A stretch of DNA of 64,000 bases from Paraspadella gotoi (GCA_051294375.1 CM119267.1:21211755-21275754); one strand, 5' to 3'; counted from the first letter of the stretch, positions 14,860 through 26,485 are shown. The notes: generated from the sequence alone by a model not told the origin. Translations and numbers: made by a program.

Positions 14860-17044
14860 TGACCGTCGGTGAGATTTCGTGAATCGAACGCCGGAGAACC
14901 TCGTTCACCGATTTCTCCGCTCGACTCGTGATTCGTGATCAACTATTGTTTTGTCAAATATTTTTTACCGCAATATTAGGGTAACCTTTTCGCCACTATG
15001 CATAATTATCATAATTACGGTCATCTTGACGTTTAATAACAAAATTTATTCACAAAATATGCAAGAATTTCATCCGAAAGCGTCACATTTCCCATTCTTC
15101 CTGACTTGTTCTCTCCGTGTTTGTCGTTGCTCTTTTTGCTTCTCCGAGGTCAGCTCGTTTACAAAAAGTCCGGCAGATGTCCGCCCCTTTGTCCGCCAGA
15201 TTTGAGCTCAGAGCCAAAACAAAAAGACAAAAGTTTCGCTTCTTTTTTTAACAAACAAATCAAAAGAATAATAATAAATAAATAATAAATAATAAATTAA
15301 GAGTGGATTGATTATACGTTTAATTCTTTGAGATAAGTACTAACCTTTATTTATTAAATCATCGTTATCTATCTATCGTTATCTATCTATCATCGTTATC
15401 TATCTATCTATCACTATCACTCAAAATAGATTGAATTGATTATAAAATCACGCTCATCACGGCGACTTTGAAAACGATGATAGCAACGAATGTCTGTGAC
15501 GAAGATAATAACGAAGAGAACTTTGAATGTCACAAAGATTGCTATCTCGAAAACAATGATGATGTCGATAATGATGATAGAAAAGACGACGACGATGACG
15601 ATGACGATGATGATGATGATGATGACGCGATTGATGATGACAGAAACGACGACGACGACGACGACGACAGCTACGACGATTACTTCAACGGGGAAAAAAG
15701 CGGTCGGTGAGCCAAGTCTCGCGAGTCTTTATCTTTTTTTTAATCCCATCTCTCACTCTCTCTCACTCTCTCTCTCTCTCTCCCCCTCTCCCTCCCCTAC
15801 CTACCACCACTCCCCCCCCGCCCTCCCCCCTCCGCATCTCATATTCGAATCTTGTTTATCCCATCGCGACTAACGACATCCTCTCCCAGAATCACTCGGC
15901 CTCGCTTTTGCGGGAGGGATGGTTGGGTGCGGAGGTGGGGTGAAAGGTTTGGGGTGAAGCGGGGGTGGCAATGCTTGGGTGGGTCTGGGGTGGAAATGAG
16001 ATTTAGTGAGTCGTGAGTGAAAATGGTTTGGGTGGGGGCAGTGGTGGCAATTCTTGCGTGGGTGAATTGGGGTGAATAATGTTGGGTGAGTCGCTTTTAG
16101 AAGTGATTTTGGGTCCGTGAAGCTTAGAAATTACGGGGTAGATGAATTGGCCATGGATGGAAATTATTAAGTGGGTGAATGATATCTGTAAATGAGTTTA
16201 AAACAGTAGGGTTTATCGAGTTCTCAAAGGTTTTGCTGGTTTGGGTGGGTCGCGAAAAAGGTTTTGTTGGGTGAAAGGAAAATGAAAGATGGAAATTGTT
16301 AGATGTGTTAAAACAGTTTGGTCGAGACCGCAGTGGAGCTGACTGGTAGTGTTGAGGGGTGGAGGTAGGAAAGTTTAGGGTGGTAAGGATATTTGGGATT
16401 CGACTAAAAAGGTTGATAAAGTTATTGAATGTGAGGGTGATAGAGATGGTGGCATTAGATTTCAGCCAAGTGATTCTAATTCGAACGGGACAGAAGATGT
16501 ATTGAAATTTCGTGAAAGTTTGAGGTAAGTTGTCGGTTTTAGGACCCGGGTATGAAGGATGATGATGCCAGTGATAATGATGTCAGTGATAACAGTGACA
16601 TCGATTCAGTTATCACAATAATTCTGTTCCAATTCTGACGGTAACCACCGCCATCAGTTATAACAGTGAGTCTGTTTCAGATAAGTCATCGATGACATTC
16701 CAGTGACACTGATGATCCGAATGAACCAATCCGGTTCCGCTTCCGCTTCCGCCGATCCGCTTCCGTCGGCTTCCGCTTCTGCCGGCGGACATTGACGAGT
16801 GTCGTCGATGCTGTGAGGACGGCGAAACTTGCGGCGGCGAATCGTCGTAGAGAGAGACCGATGAAACCAATCCGGATTTCCGCTTCCGCTTCCGCCGATC
16901 CGCTTTCCGTCGGCTTCCGCTTCTGCCGGCGGACATTGACGAGTGTCGTCGATGCTGTGAGGACGGCGAAAACTTGCGGCGAGCGAATCGTCGTCTTCGT
17001 CGTCGTCGTCTGCGGCGAACGACGCGGAATTTCGGAAGGGATAA

Positions 17045-17110
<66 letters not shown>

Positions 17111-17387
17111 GTCGTCGTCGTCGTCGTCGTCGTCATTTTTTCCGCCCGGACCGGGGGCGGAAAGAAGGGTGGTCGGGAGAAAGGGGAGAGGGGAGGGAGA
17201 GGGAGGGTGAGAGCTCCCGGTGGAACGAAGCTGTGGGGGGGCGGGCAGGGGGGGCGGACTAAACGACCCGATTTTGAAAACAGGTTGAGTGACTTGTTCA
17301 CTTGTTTTTTTCTCTCTTCCGTCGCAGTAATTTTTTAATTTTTTTGCCGGGAGGAGAGAGAAGAGAGAGAGAGAGAGAGGAAGAGAG

Positions 17388-17420
<33 letters not shown>
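9475..17420. repeat. Near-duplicate of 1.8-9.4 kb (first ~1.25 kb inverted)
   Basis: 9635-10985 is the reverse complement of ~1795-3058, and 10986-17400 aligns forward to ~3060-9400. Bounded by 25-N gaps. Confidence 0.9.
14750..17285 (+). CDS. Putative spliced host gene, low-complexity acidic/Gly-Ser/Arg-rich protein (unidentified); duplicate at ~6830-9270
   Basis: GTGAG donors at 14869 and 15707 follow Asp-rich reading frames. Intron 15707-15889 has a CT tract, GACTAAC branch point and CCCAG acceptor (same at 7777-7957). Downstream sequence reads as protein-like across indels (DDDASDNDVSDNSDIDSVIT..SESVSDKSSMT). No recognisable domain. Confidence 0.3.
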
Positions 17421-17422
<2 letters not shown>

Positions 17423-18518
17423 TAGAGAGATTTGTTCCGGCCGGCAGCCGCGTGAGAGGGCAAAAGGGTCAAAAAGCGGGCCTTGAGGAAAGGGGACGAG
17501 GAGAAGGAGGAGGGGGTGGAGGAGAAGAGGGGGAAGAAAGGATAGGGGAGAAAAGGAAAGGTAGAGGGAGCAAGCGGCTGAAACTGGCTAAAGATAAAAG
17601 ATGCTATGAAGTAAGTAAAATATATATTGTAAAGTTTAAATATAATTGGGGGGAAGTAAGGTTGAAAATTAGGAACTTGAAAAGGAAAAATGGCTTTTTC
17701 ATCTTTGCGCTTGAATAACAGAGAGTAAATAGGAAATCAAAACTCATTTAATTTAAAAATTTGAGANNNNNNNNNNNNNNNNNNNNNNNNNATAACAAAA
17801 GCATAAAAAGAGTAAAAAAACATTTTCCACTTTTCTTTGAAATTTAAAATGATTCTTAAACAAAAGCGAGCGAGTTACTTCAGCTTACATTACCAAAAAA
17901 AAACAACTGAATGATGACATTGACTCTTCCTCCAAATATCCCCCCAAATCCCAGTTCCACTTTCTTCCCTCTTTCTCCCTCTCCCTGTCTCTCAATGAGA
18001 TTTTCTTTATTCCCCTCTTCTCTCTCCCTGCACCTGTGACGAGACCCGAGACTTCGCGACTTCATTAACGTCGACTTCTTCGCCAAGTCTCGTCTTCTCG
18101 ATTCCTTCTTTCGATTCTTTTCTTCGATTCTAACCTCGCTTTTATTCATCCTCTTCCTTTTTCCGATTCTCTCCTTTGATTTTTTTTTTTCAAATTCATT
18201 TTTCCGATGATTTCTTCCAATTCTTTTCTCCGATTCTAACCTCGTTTTTTGACTTCATTGCTTCACTTTGAATCTTACCTCCGATTATTTCCTCCGATTC
18301 CCTATCCAGATTCTTTCACCGATTCTTTCTTCCGATTCTAAAACCAGATTCTTTCTCTTCAACGGTTACGACGAAGGCAAAGATACAATCAGTGCGCAAC
18401 GGTAATTGAATTCGATATCCACGCGCAATCATATCTACAATCAGATGAAAAAAAAGTAACAAAACGAAATGAAATCATGTAGTCGAGAAATTGGCCTCTC
18501 TCCTCCTCATCTCTCTCT

Positions 18519-18569
<51 letters not shown>

Positions 18570-19400
18570 CTCCTTTCCATCTTCACCCGCAGTGATCAAT
18601 GTGAGATTGCAACTTTGGAAGGGGAATCTTTCGCGCCAATGGAAGCTAATTTGCATCTTTCTTTTTTTCTCTTCTTTTCTTTTTTTTTTCTTCTTTTTCT
18701 TTTCTCCTTTGGTTTTTTTTTATCTCTTCAAATCTGTTCCCTATTTTTCTTTGTTGTTTCTTTTTTTGTTGTTTTTATTTATTCTTATTAAATTCGAGAC
18801 TCAATATGAGGCATTTTTTTTTTTTGGTCTGGAGTTCCCTCTCCCTCTCATAAAATAATAAGAAAAAACCTAGTATAAATTTTTTAAAAATTAATTAAAC
18901 AAGTTAAAATTTCTCTTGACATTTTTAGTCATTGGTCTCACCCAATATCCTAAAATCAATTTAACTTTGATTCATATTGATTTTATTAATTTATTTTGAA
19001 TTTTTTCTGATTCCCTCTTATTTTTCTCTAATTTGCTGTCAATCGTTTTTTAATTTCATTTTTAAAATTTGTGGTTCTCGAATATTTTTTTCTCAATTCT
19101 TTTCGACTTCTCTGCTCTCATTTTCTTTTTTCTTTCTTGTCCTTTTTTTTCATCCCTATCTTCCTTCCTCCCACTTCTTTTCCCTCCTTCCTTTTTCCTC
19201 CCCTCCATGCCCTTCTTCATTCACCGAGCGAAATGAAGCCCCAGCCGCGATGGGCGATAAAAGTGACGTCGCCGCCATGATTAATTTTTAATTTGACATC
19301 GAAACGCGAGAGTCGCGCTCGTCATCGATCTCGTTGTCTCGTGGGGGAAAAAAAAAGAACATCCTCAAACTTTATTTTATTTTTTTAAGGTAAATTAATT

Positions 19401-19901
19401 TTAGGAGAAAAAACAATTTTATTTGTTTTTATCAACGATTGTATTATTGGTAAGACAATGTTCGACTCTTTTTGAGTTTTAGAGCTCTTCATCAGTTATG
19501 ACAATCAATATTTTACTACTTTAACATTAGGTTAGAGAGAGAGAGAGAAGAGAAGAGAGAGAGAGAGAGAGACAGAAAAAGAGGGAGTTTCCCAACAAAG
19601 AATCTGAGCAAAGGAACAGTGGTCAGATATGAGGACAGGTGAGTAAGATCAGGGAAGAAGTTGGGTGAAATTGAAATAAGAGAGAGAGAGAGAGAACAGG
19701 GTAAGAGAATCTTTACATTTTTTGTAATTATATAAACAATGATAGAGAAATAATAACAACTAATAGTAACTAATAAGTAACATTGTAAAATAAATTAATG
19801 AAGTTAAGAAAGTTGAAAATTGAAATAGAAGAATAAGTGATGAAGGGATAGGTAAGTTAGAGTTAGTGAAAATTAAGTTGAGAGAAAGAGCTCAAAATGA
19901 G
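19401..19901 (-). repeat. PLE 3' pseudo-LTR (sense to the ORF)
   Basis: Reverse complement matches 22579-~23112, e.g. GAGAGAAAGAGCTCAAAATGAG vs CTCATTTTGAAGCTCTTTCTCTC. Contains (AG)n tracts and a hammerhead motif. Confidence 0.88.
19443..19506 (-). ncRNA. Minimal type I hammerhead ribozyme in PLE pLTR
   Basis: Minus strand reads ATTGTCATAA-CTGATGA-AGAGCTC-TAAAACTCAAAAA-GAGTC-GAA-CATT-GTC-TTACCAAT. This gives the CUGAUGA core, a GA(G)CTC/GAGTC helix II, GAA(A), a short helix III, a GUC cleavage triplet and helix I TAA/TTA plus ATTG/CAAT. Single-base deviations fit read noise. Confidence 0.75.
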
Positions 19902-22578
19902 CTGGACCCGCCCCCACGGGTTGGCAAAAGGTGGGACGTTTGCGATAGGCTCGGGTCATTGGCTTGGTCCATGGGCTGAGAAGATATAACTGTGGAGTGT
20001 GACATTCGGGATCTGGTAGTGATCCTCCTGGGAAAATGCCTAACGCACTCGAATATTCTCTCTGGCCTGATAAGGCCTAGCCGATTGGGGCCCCCTCTCA
20101 CCTGACGGTGAAGGTGGGCGATTGCCTGTTATAGCCTGCTTTGGTGCAGGAGATAACAGACTCCTCTCCCTCCTTCCTGTAGCCGTCGTTTTTGGCGACG
20201 CCAGTGTGAGAAGAGTCATGCCACGTTTGCACAGGCCGGGAAGAGTATCGGTCGTCCATTGCCCTGCTGGGAGGTCTCCGCCTGACCGTTGAAGTGGGGG
20301 CGGGGAATCACCGTGCGGTGGGGCGGCTCTGGGGCCGTTCCACCACCAAACTTGATAAGCGAATCATAGCTTGGAGGGAGAATCGAAGCGTCCCTCCATC
20401 ACGGTTACAGAGAGGGCTCGAGGGCCTTTGATGTAGATAGCCTCTCCTAATGAACCTCTCTTGAAAACCAATTTTGGTCAATGGGACAGCACGAGGCAGT
20501 ACGTCTCTCTAAACAGATGGCCAGAGGCACAAGAGTGCTCTGAGATAAGCTGAACAGGTAAGTGACCTCGCCTGAGTCACGGTAAGGTTTCGTATAGTTG
20601 CTTGAACCGATCTGAGAGAGATTTTCCTGTCTCGCCCACAGTTATGCCTGCTGTGCAGGGTGTTTTCCCTTGCCTGCAACAGGCCGCCAATAGAACGGCT
20701 CTGATGTTTTTTCGTTCTGGGATTTGTCTTCGTTTCAACCAGTTGCTCACGTAGAGAACGCCGGGTCGTCACTGAAGTGGAGATCCCCTGCTTTGCCAGC
20801 ACCCGGCACCAAAGCTTCAAGTGATACCCCTGGTGGTAGGGGAGGGACAAGTGACCGCACGTTCTGAGAACGCTCTGCTTATCTCCCATTTGCCCGCTGT
20901 GGGGGTCGCGGTTGGTCCTTCAGCAGCAAAGGTCCGGTTCTTTCATCCCTGGGGGGCGGAGGTTGAACCCCTGCGTTAGCGGCTACTTTGGCAGCCCCTT
21001 GTGGCCACTGCCCTCAGCTTGGTTCTGCCGAACCTAGCCTTCTCCGAAATGCCCCACAGAGGGAACCATTGAGCGCCAAGGCTCTTTGACATGCCAAGCC
21101 TCGGCCCGCCTGGAGCTCGGGGGTCGACCGGAATCAGAAGAGTCTCCTCCTGGTAAGGGATCTGACCTGTGGCGAGCTTGTGTGACAAGGGGGCGTGTGA
21201 ATCAAGGGAATGTATTGATCAGTATGCGTTGGTTTGCCGATCCAGACAGAATAACTCCAATGAGCCGCCCTCTTTGCGCTTTAAATAAGCACATCGAGCA
21301 AATTGGAATTTTACCAATTCTCCTCTTTTTCACACGTCCACTGAATACTCCGCTTCGATGCCGTTCAAGTGTGTTAGTAAGGGCTCAACGAGATCCCTTT
21401 GCACAGCCAGGATGGTATCGTCTGCTTTTCCGATACTAGAAGAGAAACTGAACTCTGCCGCCATGCAGAGATCGAAACGAAGCCAAAGCTTCCACCTCAA
21501 AATCCCTATAGAAATCTGCAGAGGACTTGAGTTGATTTGCCATCCCTAAGCCACCAGGCTGGGCATAGTACGCGTCCTCGACCTGAGTCGCCAAGTTCCA
21601 GGTCGAGCCGCAAGCAGTGCCATGAATTCAATCCAATTGGATTGGCGTACCCTTCGTGGCAACAACCGGTCTCCTTCAGGCGGCGTTCTGCGGATGCTAA
21701 CGCCAGTCCCATGAGGATGTTTTAGTGAACATACTTTTTAGTCAACACGAGACCAAGAGATAGACTATCGGCAAACTATGATATGCTGGAGCTTTTCTGT
21801 CAGATCAAGAGAATTTTGAGGTGTGTTGGTTTTTCCGAACAAGAGGAGTGAGAATGCGTCCCAACTCCCTTCGCATTCCAATTAAAAATGGAATTGCGGG
21901 CCCGATACGATAGGGCGTAACGGTAAATTCGGGCTTTGAATCCGCTTCGCTGACCCGAAGAAAAGAAGGCGGCTGCGTTGAAAGTCAGGGTTGACTCTAT
22001 GGAAACTGCCGGGGAACAGTATTCGCGAATTTTGCTTGTTCCACCGTCTGGACTTAAACTCTGTAAGCAAGAGTAAGGATCCTGTCCAAGGGTTTATAAC
22101 GTCTCCTTGTCCGATAGCATTTTCGTAACCTTGGACTTATAGTCTTGAGTGTTCATAACCACTGCAGCTCGCCCCTTATCTGCGGGTGAACCAATGATTG
22201 CTTGATTGCGCCTGAGTGAGGCAATGCTTAGCAGCTCGACCTCTTACAACTTCTTAACAACCGAAGGATAGCCGCCGCTTCGGGCCGTTGATCTAGGAGA
22301 CCGGCTCCTGTTTTCAAACGCCGACGAATGAGGTCAATAACAGGGTGATTTTAAAAAGGGGTTTGGAACAAAAAGACGCCAGACCTTTCTTAAGACTGTT
22401 ATCTCATCTTTCGAGCAGTTCAGGGAGGAGTGATTGGAAGCCAACACTCCTGGGCTTTAACGGGACTTCATCACTGGAGAGGTGGGAAAGTTTCGTTGCG
22501 CCGCTCTGGCGTCTATCCTTTTCGAGAAACTTCCTGAGCGTGGCACCAGCGAAGTTGTTCCAACCTTCCGTTTTGTTT
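19892..22578 (-). pseudogene. Frameshifted PLE polyprotein: reverse transcriptase + GIY-YIG endonuclease
   Basis: Manual minus-strand translation across indels gives, in order: PADKGRAAVVMNTQDYKSKVTKMLSDKETY (~22190-22095); FFGSAK..PNLPLRPIVSG (~21965-21895); LVS.D.KSMFTNIP (~21755-21710); GL.MG.STSSPL.DFY (~21555-21505); KADDTI (21428-21411); WTCEKEENGKIP.LDV..RKPTHTDQYIP.DSH.PLSHK (~21345-21175); LSLPYHQG; VGETGKSLSDRFKQ (~20640-20600); REAIYIK..PSLNRDGG..LPPSYDSL (~20450-20355). Frameshifts may be sequencing noise. Confidence 0.9.
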
Positions 22579-22922
22579 CTCATTTTGAAGCTCTTTCTCT
22601 CAACTTAAATTTTCACTAAACATCTTTACTTACCTATCCCCTCCATCACTTATTCTTCTATTTCAATTTCAAACTTCTTTAACTCATTAATTTATTTTAC
22701 AATGTACTATTAGTTAACTATTAAGTTTGTTATTTATTTCTTCTATCATTGTTATACATTACAGAAAAAATGTAAAGATTTTCTCTTACCGCTGTCTCTC
22801 TCTCTTCTCTCTCTTATTTTCAAATTTCACCCAACTTCTTCCCCTGATCTTACCTTCCACCTGTCCTCATATCTGACCACTGTCCCTTTGCTCAATTCTT
22901 TGTTGAAAACTCCCTCTTTTTT

Positions 22923-22956
<34 letters not shown>

Positions 22957-23148
22957 CTCCATCTCTCTCTCTCTCTCTAACCTAATGTTAAAGAGTAAAA
23001 ATATTGATTGTCATAACTGATGAAGAACTCTAAAACTCAAAAGAGTCAAACATGTCTTAACCATAATACAATTCGTTGATAAAAACAAATAAATTGTTTT
23101 TTTCTCACTAAAACTTCAAAACGGCACGAAATTGATAGTTTAATACAC
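22579..23148 (+). repeat. PLE inverted pseudo-LTR with ~35-bp extension
   Basis: Inverted copy of 19401-19901 fused to the truncated 5' end of the ORF. The extra CTTCAAAACGGCACGAAATTGATAGTTTAATACAC before the TSD is absent from the left copy. Confidence 0.85.
23007..23066 (+). ncRNA. Hammerhead ribozyme motif in inverted pLTR (GAAA core altered)
   Basis: CTGATGA(23017)-AGAACTC-TAAAACTCAAAA-GAGTC-AAA-CATGTC, with palindromic ACATGT helix III and GUC site. The G of GAAA is missing. Confidence 0.65.
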
Positions 23149-23268
23149 AAGGTAAAATTAATTATTATAAAAATGGGACCGGTAGGTTTGTAACAAAGTA
23201 GCGTCTTCTTTTCTTTCTCTCTCTCTCCTCTCTCATCTCTCTCTCTCATCTCTCTCTCTCTCTCTCTC

Positions 23269-23300
<32 letters not shown>

Positions 23301-23571
23301 GTCATCCGTCGAAACGATTAAAAATAGAAAAAAATGTCGCCGACCAAAAGTGACCTGACCGTCGACCATCTTGTTTACATCTGCGAGTAAGAGTCGCTCT
23401 TGTTTTATAGTTCCGACTCGGGCCGCCGTCCGCTTTTTTGTCGCTGCCGTCGTCCGCCGTCGCCATGCGACTCAGACGAAAGATTAAGAGATCTTTGTTT
23501 CCTTCTCTCTTCCTACATTTTTCAGCCATTTTCCTCTCGGCTTCCAATTGCCATAATCCTTTGAAAGGGAG

Positions 23572-23640
<69 letters not shown>

Positions 23641-24349
23641 AGAGAGAGCCCTGATTAGTCGGAATGCCTTCCACATCTTTTTCCGCTGCATAATTTGGAA
23701 ACTTTTTACATGATAAATTTGTTGAAAATTAGTTAACAGAGATATTACTTTTTTTAACCTCAAATAACATGAAAAATGTCAATATTTAATGTGAAATATC
23801 GTCTCCCATCTGTACGCGAATATTTTTGTTGGGTTTTAGCACTCGTTTACTGTCGTCTTACAAAAAAAAATTCTAAATTACTCCGTTTTAATTATCATAG
23901 GAAAACTAAATTTAAAATGGAATATAAAAGTGAACACAGCGGTGAGGGATATTTGTTTTGGATTAAGATTTTAAGGGTAAGGTTATTGTTAAAGTAAGAC
24001 TTACACCAGTATAACTGTAGGTTTTATGTTGAATGTAGAAAGGTTGTATGTCAGAAATACTGAGACTTTTAGAAATAATAATACTCTTACGTACACTTAC
24101 ACGTTCACTTACGTATATATTACGCTTTACTATAAGTAATTATTTGTTTTTAATTTATTTCTAATCTCCTGATTTTTTTTTATTTAAATCGTTTTCTTTT
24201 ATTTGCCATCTCTACTTCGAAATCCGTAGTCATTTTAGGATTCGTGTTGAAAAAAAAAAGAAAAAACTAAAAGGCGGAGAAGAAAAACAGAGCGTCGCTC
24301 ATGAAAAATTCACCTCCGCTAGAGAAAGAGAGAAAGAAGAGAGAGAAAG

Positions 24350-24412
<63 letters not shown>

Positions 24413-24555
24413 AGAGAGAAGAGAATAAGTAATAAGGAGAAAAAAAGGAAACAAGAAATGGAAGAGAAAAGACAAATGGAGAAAAGCGTCTGAAAAAAAA
24501 AAAAGGAGAAAATTTGAATCTGTTTTTATGGTGGGATAGGAAAACAGAGAGAGAC

Positions 24556-24617
<62 letters not shown>

Positions 24618-25135
24618 TATTAAGGAGTGGTAGAAAAAAGAGCGAAATTCCCGGATTCATGGTCGTTTTTTTTTTTTCGTCTTCCATTTAATCTCGAGCG
24701 TTTTTATTTCTTTCTAAACTTTTTTTTCTGTTTTTTTTTTTTTTTTTTTTTGGTTGTCGGACAATTTTTGGTTTTAAATTATTTTTTAAATCGGGGTATA
24801 TATTGTTTTTTTACCTCCAATGCATATTCGTTTTCTTTCGATCAGTCCGAGTAAGATAACGATAATTTCAATTCTTCTTTTTTTAAAATTTTATATTTTT
24901 TCATCATTATTCTGATTCAGTTATATTAATGCGTTTAATTATTTCATCACAACTTCTCGATTGATTTTTTTCTTTAAGGCTAAATATTCGTTCATTTAAT
25001 AAGAATCATTCATATCATTCCATTCTATCGCTTCATTCATGTCCATTGGCACTTGTTCTTGTCTCCCTTCCTTCCGCGTGATACAAACTGGATACGAAAT
25101 TGCGCCTCTTGCGGTTTTTTTTTTTTCTCTTATCT

Positions 25136-25173
<38 letters not shown>

Positions 25174-26266
25174 ATTTTTTTCTTTTCACATTTTTTTTCT
25201 TTTCAATCTATCTTCTTTCTTCTATTTCTAATCCTCATTTCTTCTTTAATTTTTCTTTTGTTTTCATTCCATCTTACAATACCTCTCTATCTCTATCTGC
25301 CCCTCTAACTATCTCTTTTCTTTTTCTCTTCTTTCCTCTCTAAACTTCACCCTCTTCTTCCCCTCTTATCAACTCATCGAATCCCTAAAAAAAAAAGAAA
25401 AAGAAGAATGAGAAACACATAACAAAGATTAAACCGTGAATCCTTCTAAAAAACGGCTGCTGCGGACCGAGCCGCCTCCGCCGCCTCAGCCACCGCTCCT
25501 GCCGGCGGGGAATTCGCTCGAGAGCGAAGCCCCCCCCCGCGAATCTAACTTACTCGCAGCGCGAAATTCACGCGGAATGCGGAGTGAGGCGGATTGGGCT
25601 GAGGCGGATTGGGTGGAGTCATTTCCCGATGTCGTCCGGCAGCAGAAGATTTCAAAATTTCTCTTCTAAAATATTAAATTCTTTAAACCAAAAGTAAATG
25701 ACAATCAACGACTACAAAACTTAAAAACGTAAAAATATCAAGATATATATAGTTTTTATCATATTTAATCGTATCCTGTCGAAAGTTGGCAGGGACCCCT
25801 GGCTATATTCATTATCTTGTAAGCAGTGATCGGAGGCTTTAAACCAGCCACAAAGCCTGTTCCAAAGTTCATGGGCAAGATAGCTTATTTTTTGAATGTT
25901 TTTTTATTGGTTGTCTCTATCAGCTATTATTCACGCATTCTTATCTGGGATTATGGAGGAGACTATTCTATGACTCACGACGACAACGAATTGATCTAAA
26001 TGTAAGCGATTTTTTGGGCTTCTATGTATGTCAATCGCGTCTGTTGATGTCAAAAAAAAAATATATAATTTTCTGGAAACCTTTGGTACAAAGATACAAA
26101 GATATAAAACGTAGACTGTTATTTCTCTAGAAAATCGAGGGAAATTATAAAAGTGAGAGAAAGTTGGGTTCACGAAATGTGAAAAGAGGAGGACCGACGG
26201 TTGACGAGGAAAAATTGATTTTATCCTTTTTACGCCAGAAAGAGAGAGAGAGAGAAGAGAGAGAGA

Positions 26267-26297
<31 letters not shown>

Positions 26298-26485
26298 GGG
26301 GGAGGAGAGAGAGAGAAGAACGCGGTGAATAGTGCGAGTCGCGAAATGGAAGAATAAGTGAGAAGCGGAGGAACAAACGTGACTCCATTTATTCGCGCAA
26401 TAAATTAAAAGGTGGAAAATGGAAAAAAGTAAAAATGACTTTTAAAAAAAAAAAGAGGTGGGGATATGGATAAATAATAAAAATG

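Larger units (their letters stand above)
19401..23148 (-). mobile_element. Penelope-like retroelement (RT + C-terminal GIY-YIG), 5'-truncated, with inverted pseudo-LTRs
   Basis: GC-rich 2.7-kb core with PLE RT/EN motifs on the minus strand, flanked by inverted repeats 19401-19901 and 22579-~23112. Near-direct repeat AAGGTAAATTAATT (19387-19400) / AAGGTAAAATTAATT (23149-23163) sits outside both ends as a candidate TSD. Confidence 0.92.

Noticed and set aside
16705-16745. CTGATGA as a further hammerhead core
   Set aside because: No helix II followed by GAAA and no cleavage triplet in register; it lies in probable coding sequence.
18095-18355. Recurring CCGATTCT motif as a regulatory array
   Set aside because: Irregular spacing in pyrimidine-rich low-complexity DNA; most simply a decayed minisatellite.
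20350-20720. Selenoprotein-encoding (Naiad-type) PLE
   Set aside because: The endonuclease is C-terminal, the visible Cys codons are TGT/TGC rather than TGA, and I see no convincing SECIS. Stops are explained by indels.
19902-22578. GC-rich island could be a synthetic sequencing control, vector or bacterial contamination
   Set aside because: The ordered set of PLE RT and GIY-YIG motifs, pLTRs and TSD explains it as an endogenous retroelement.
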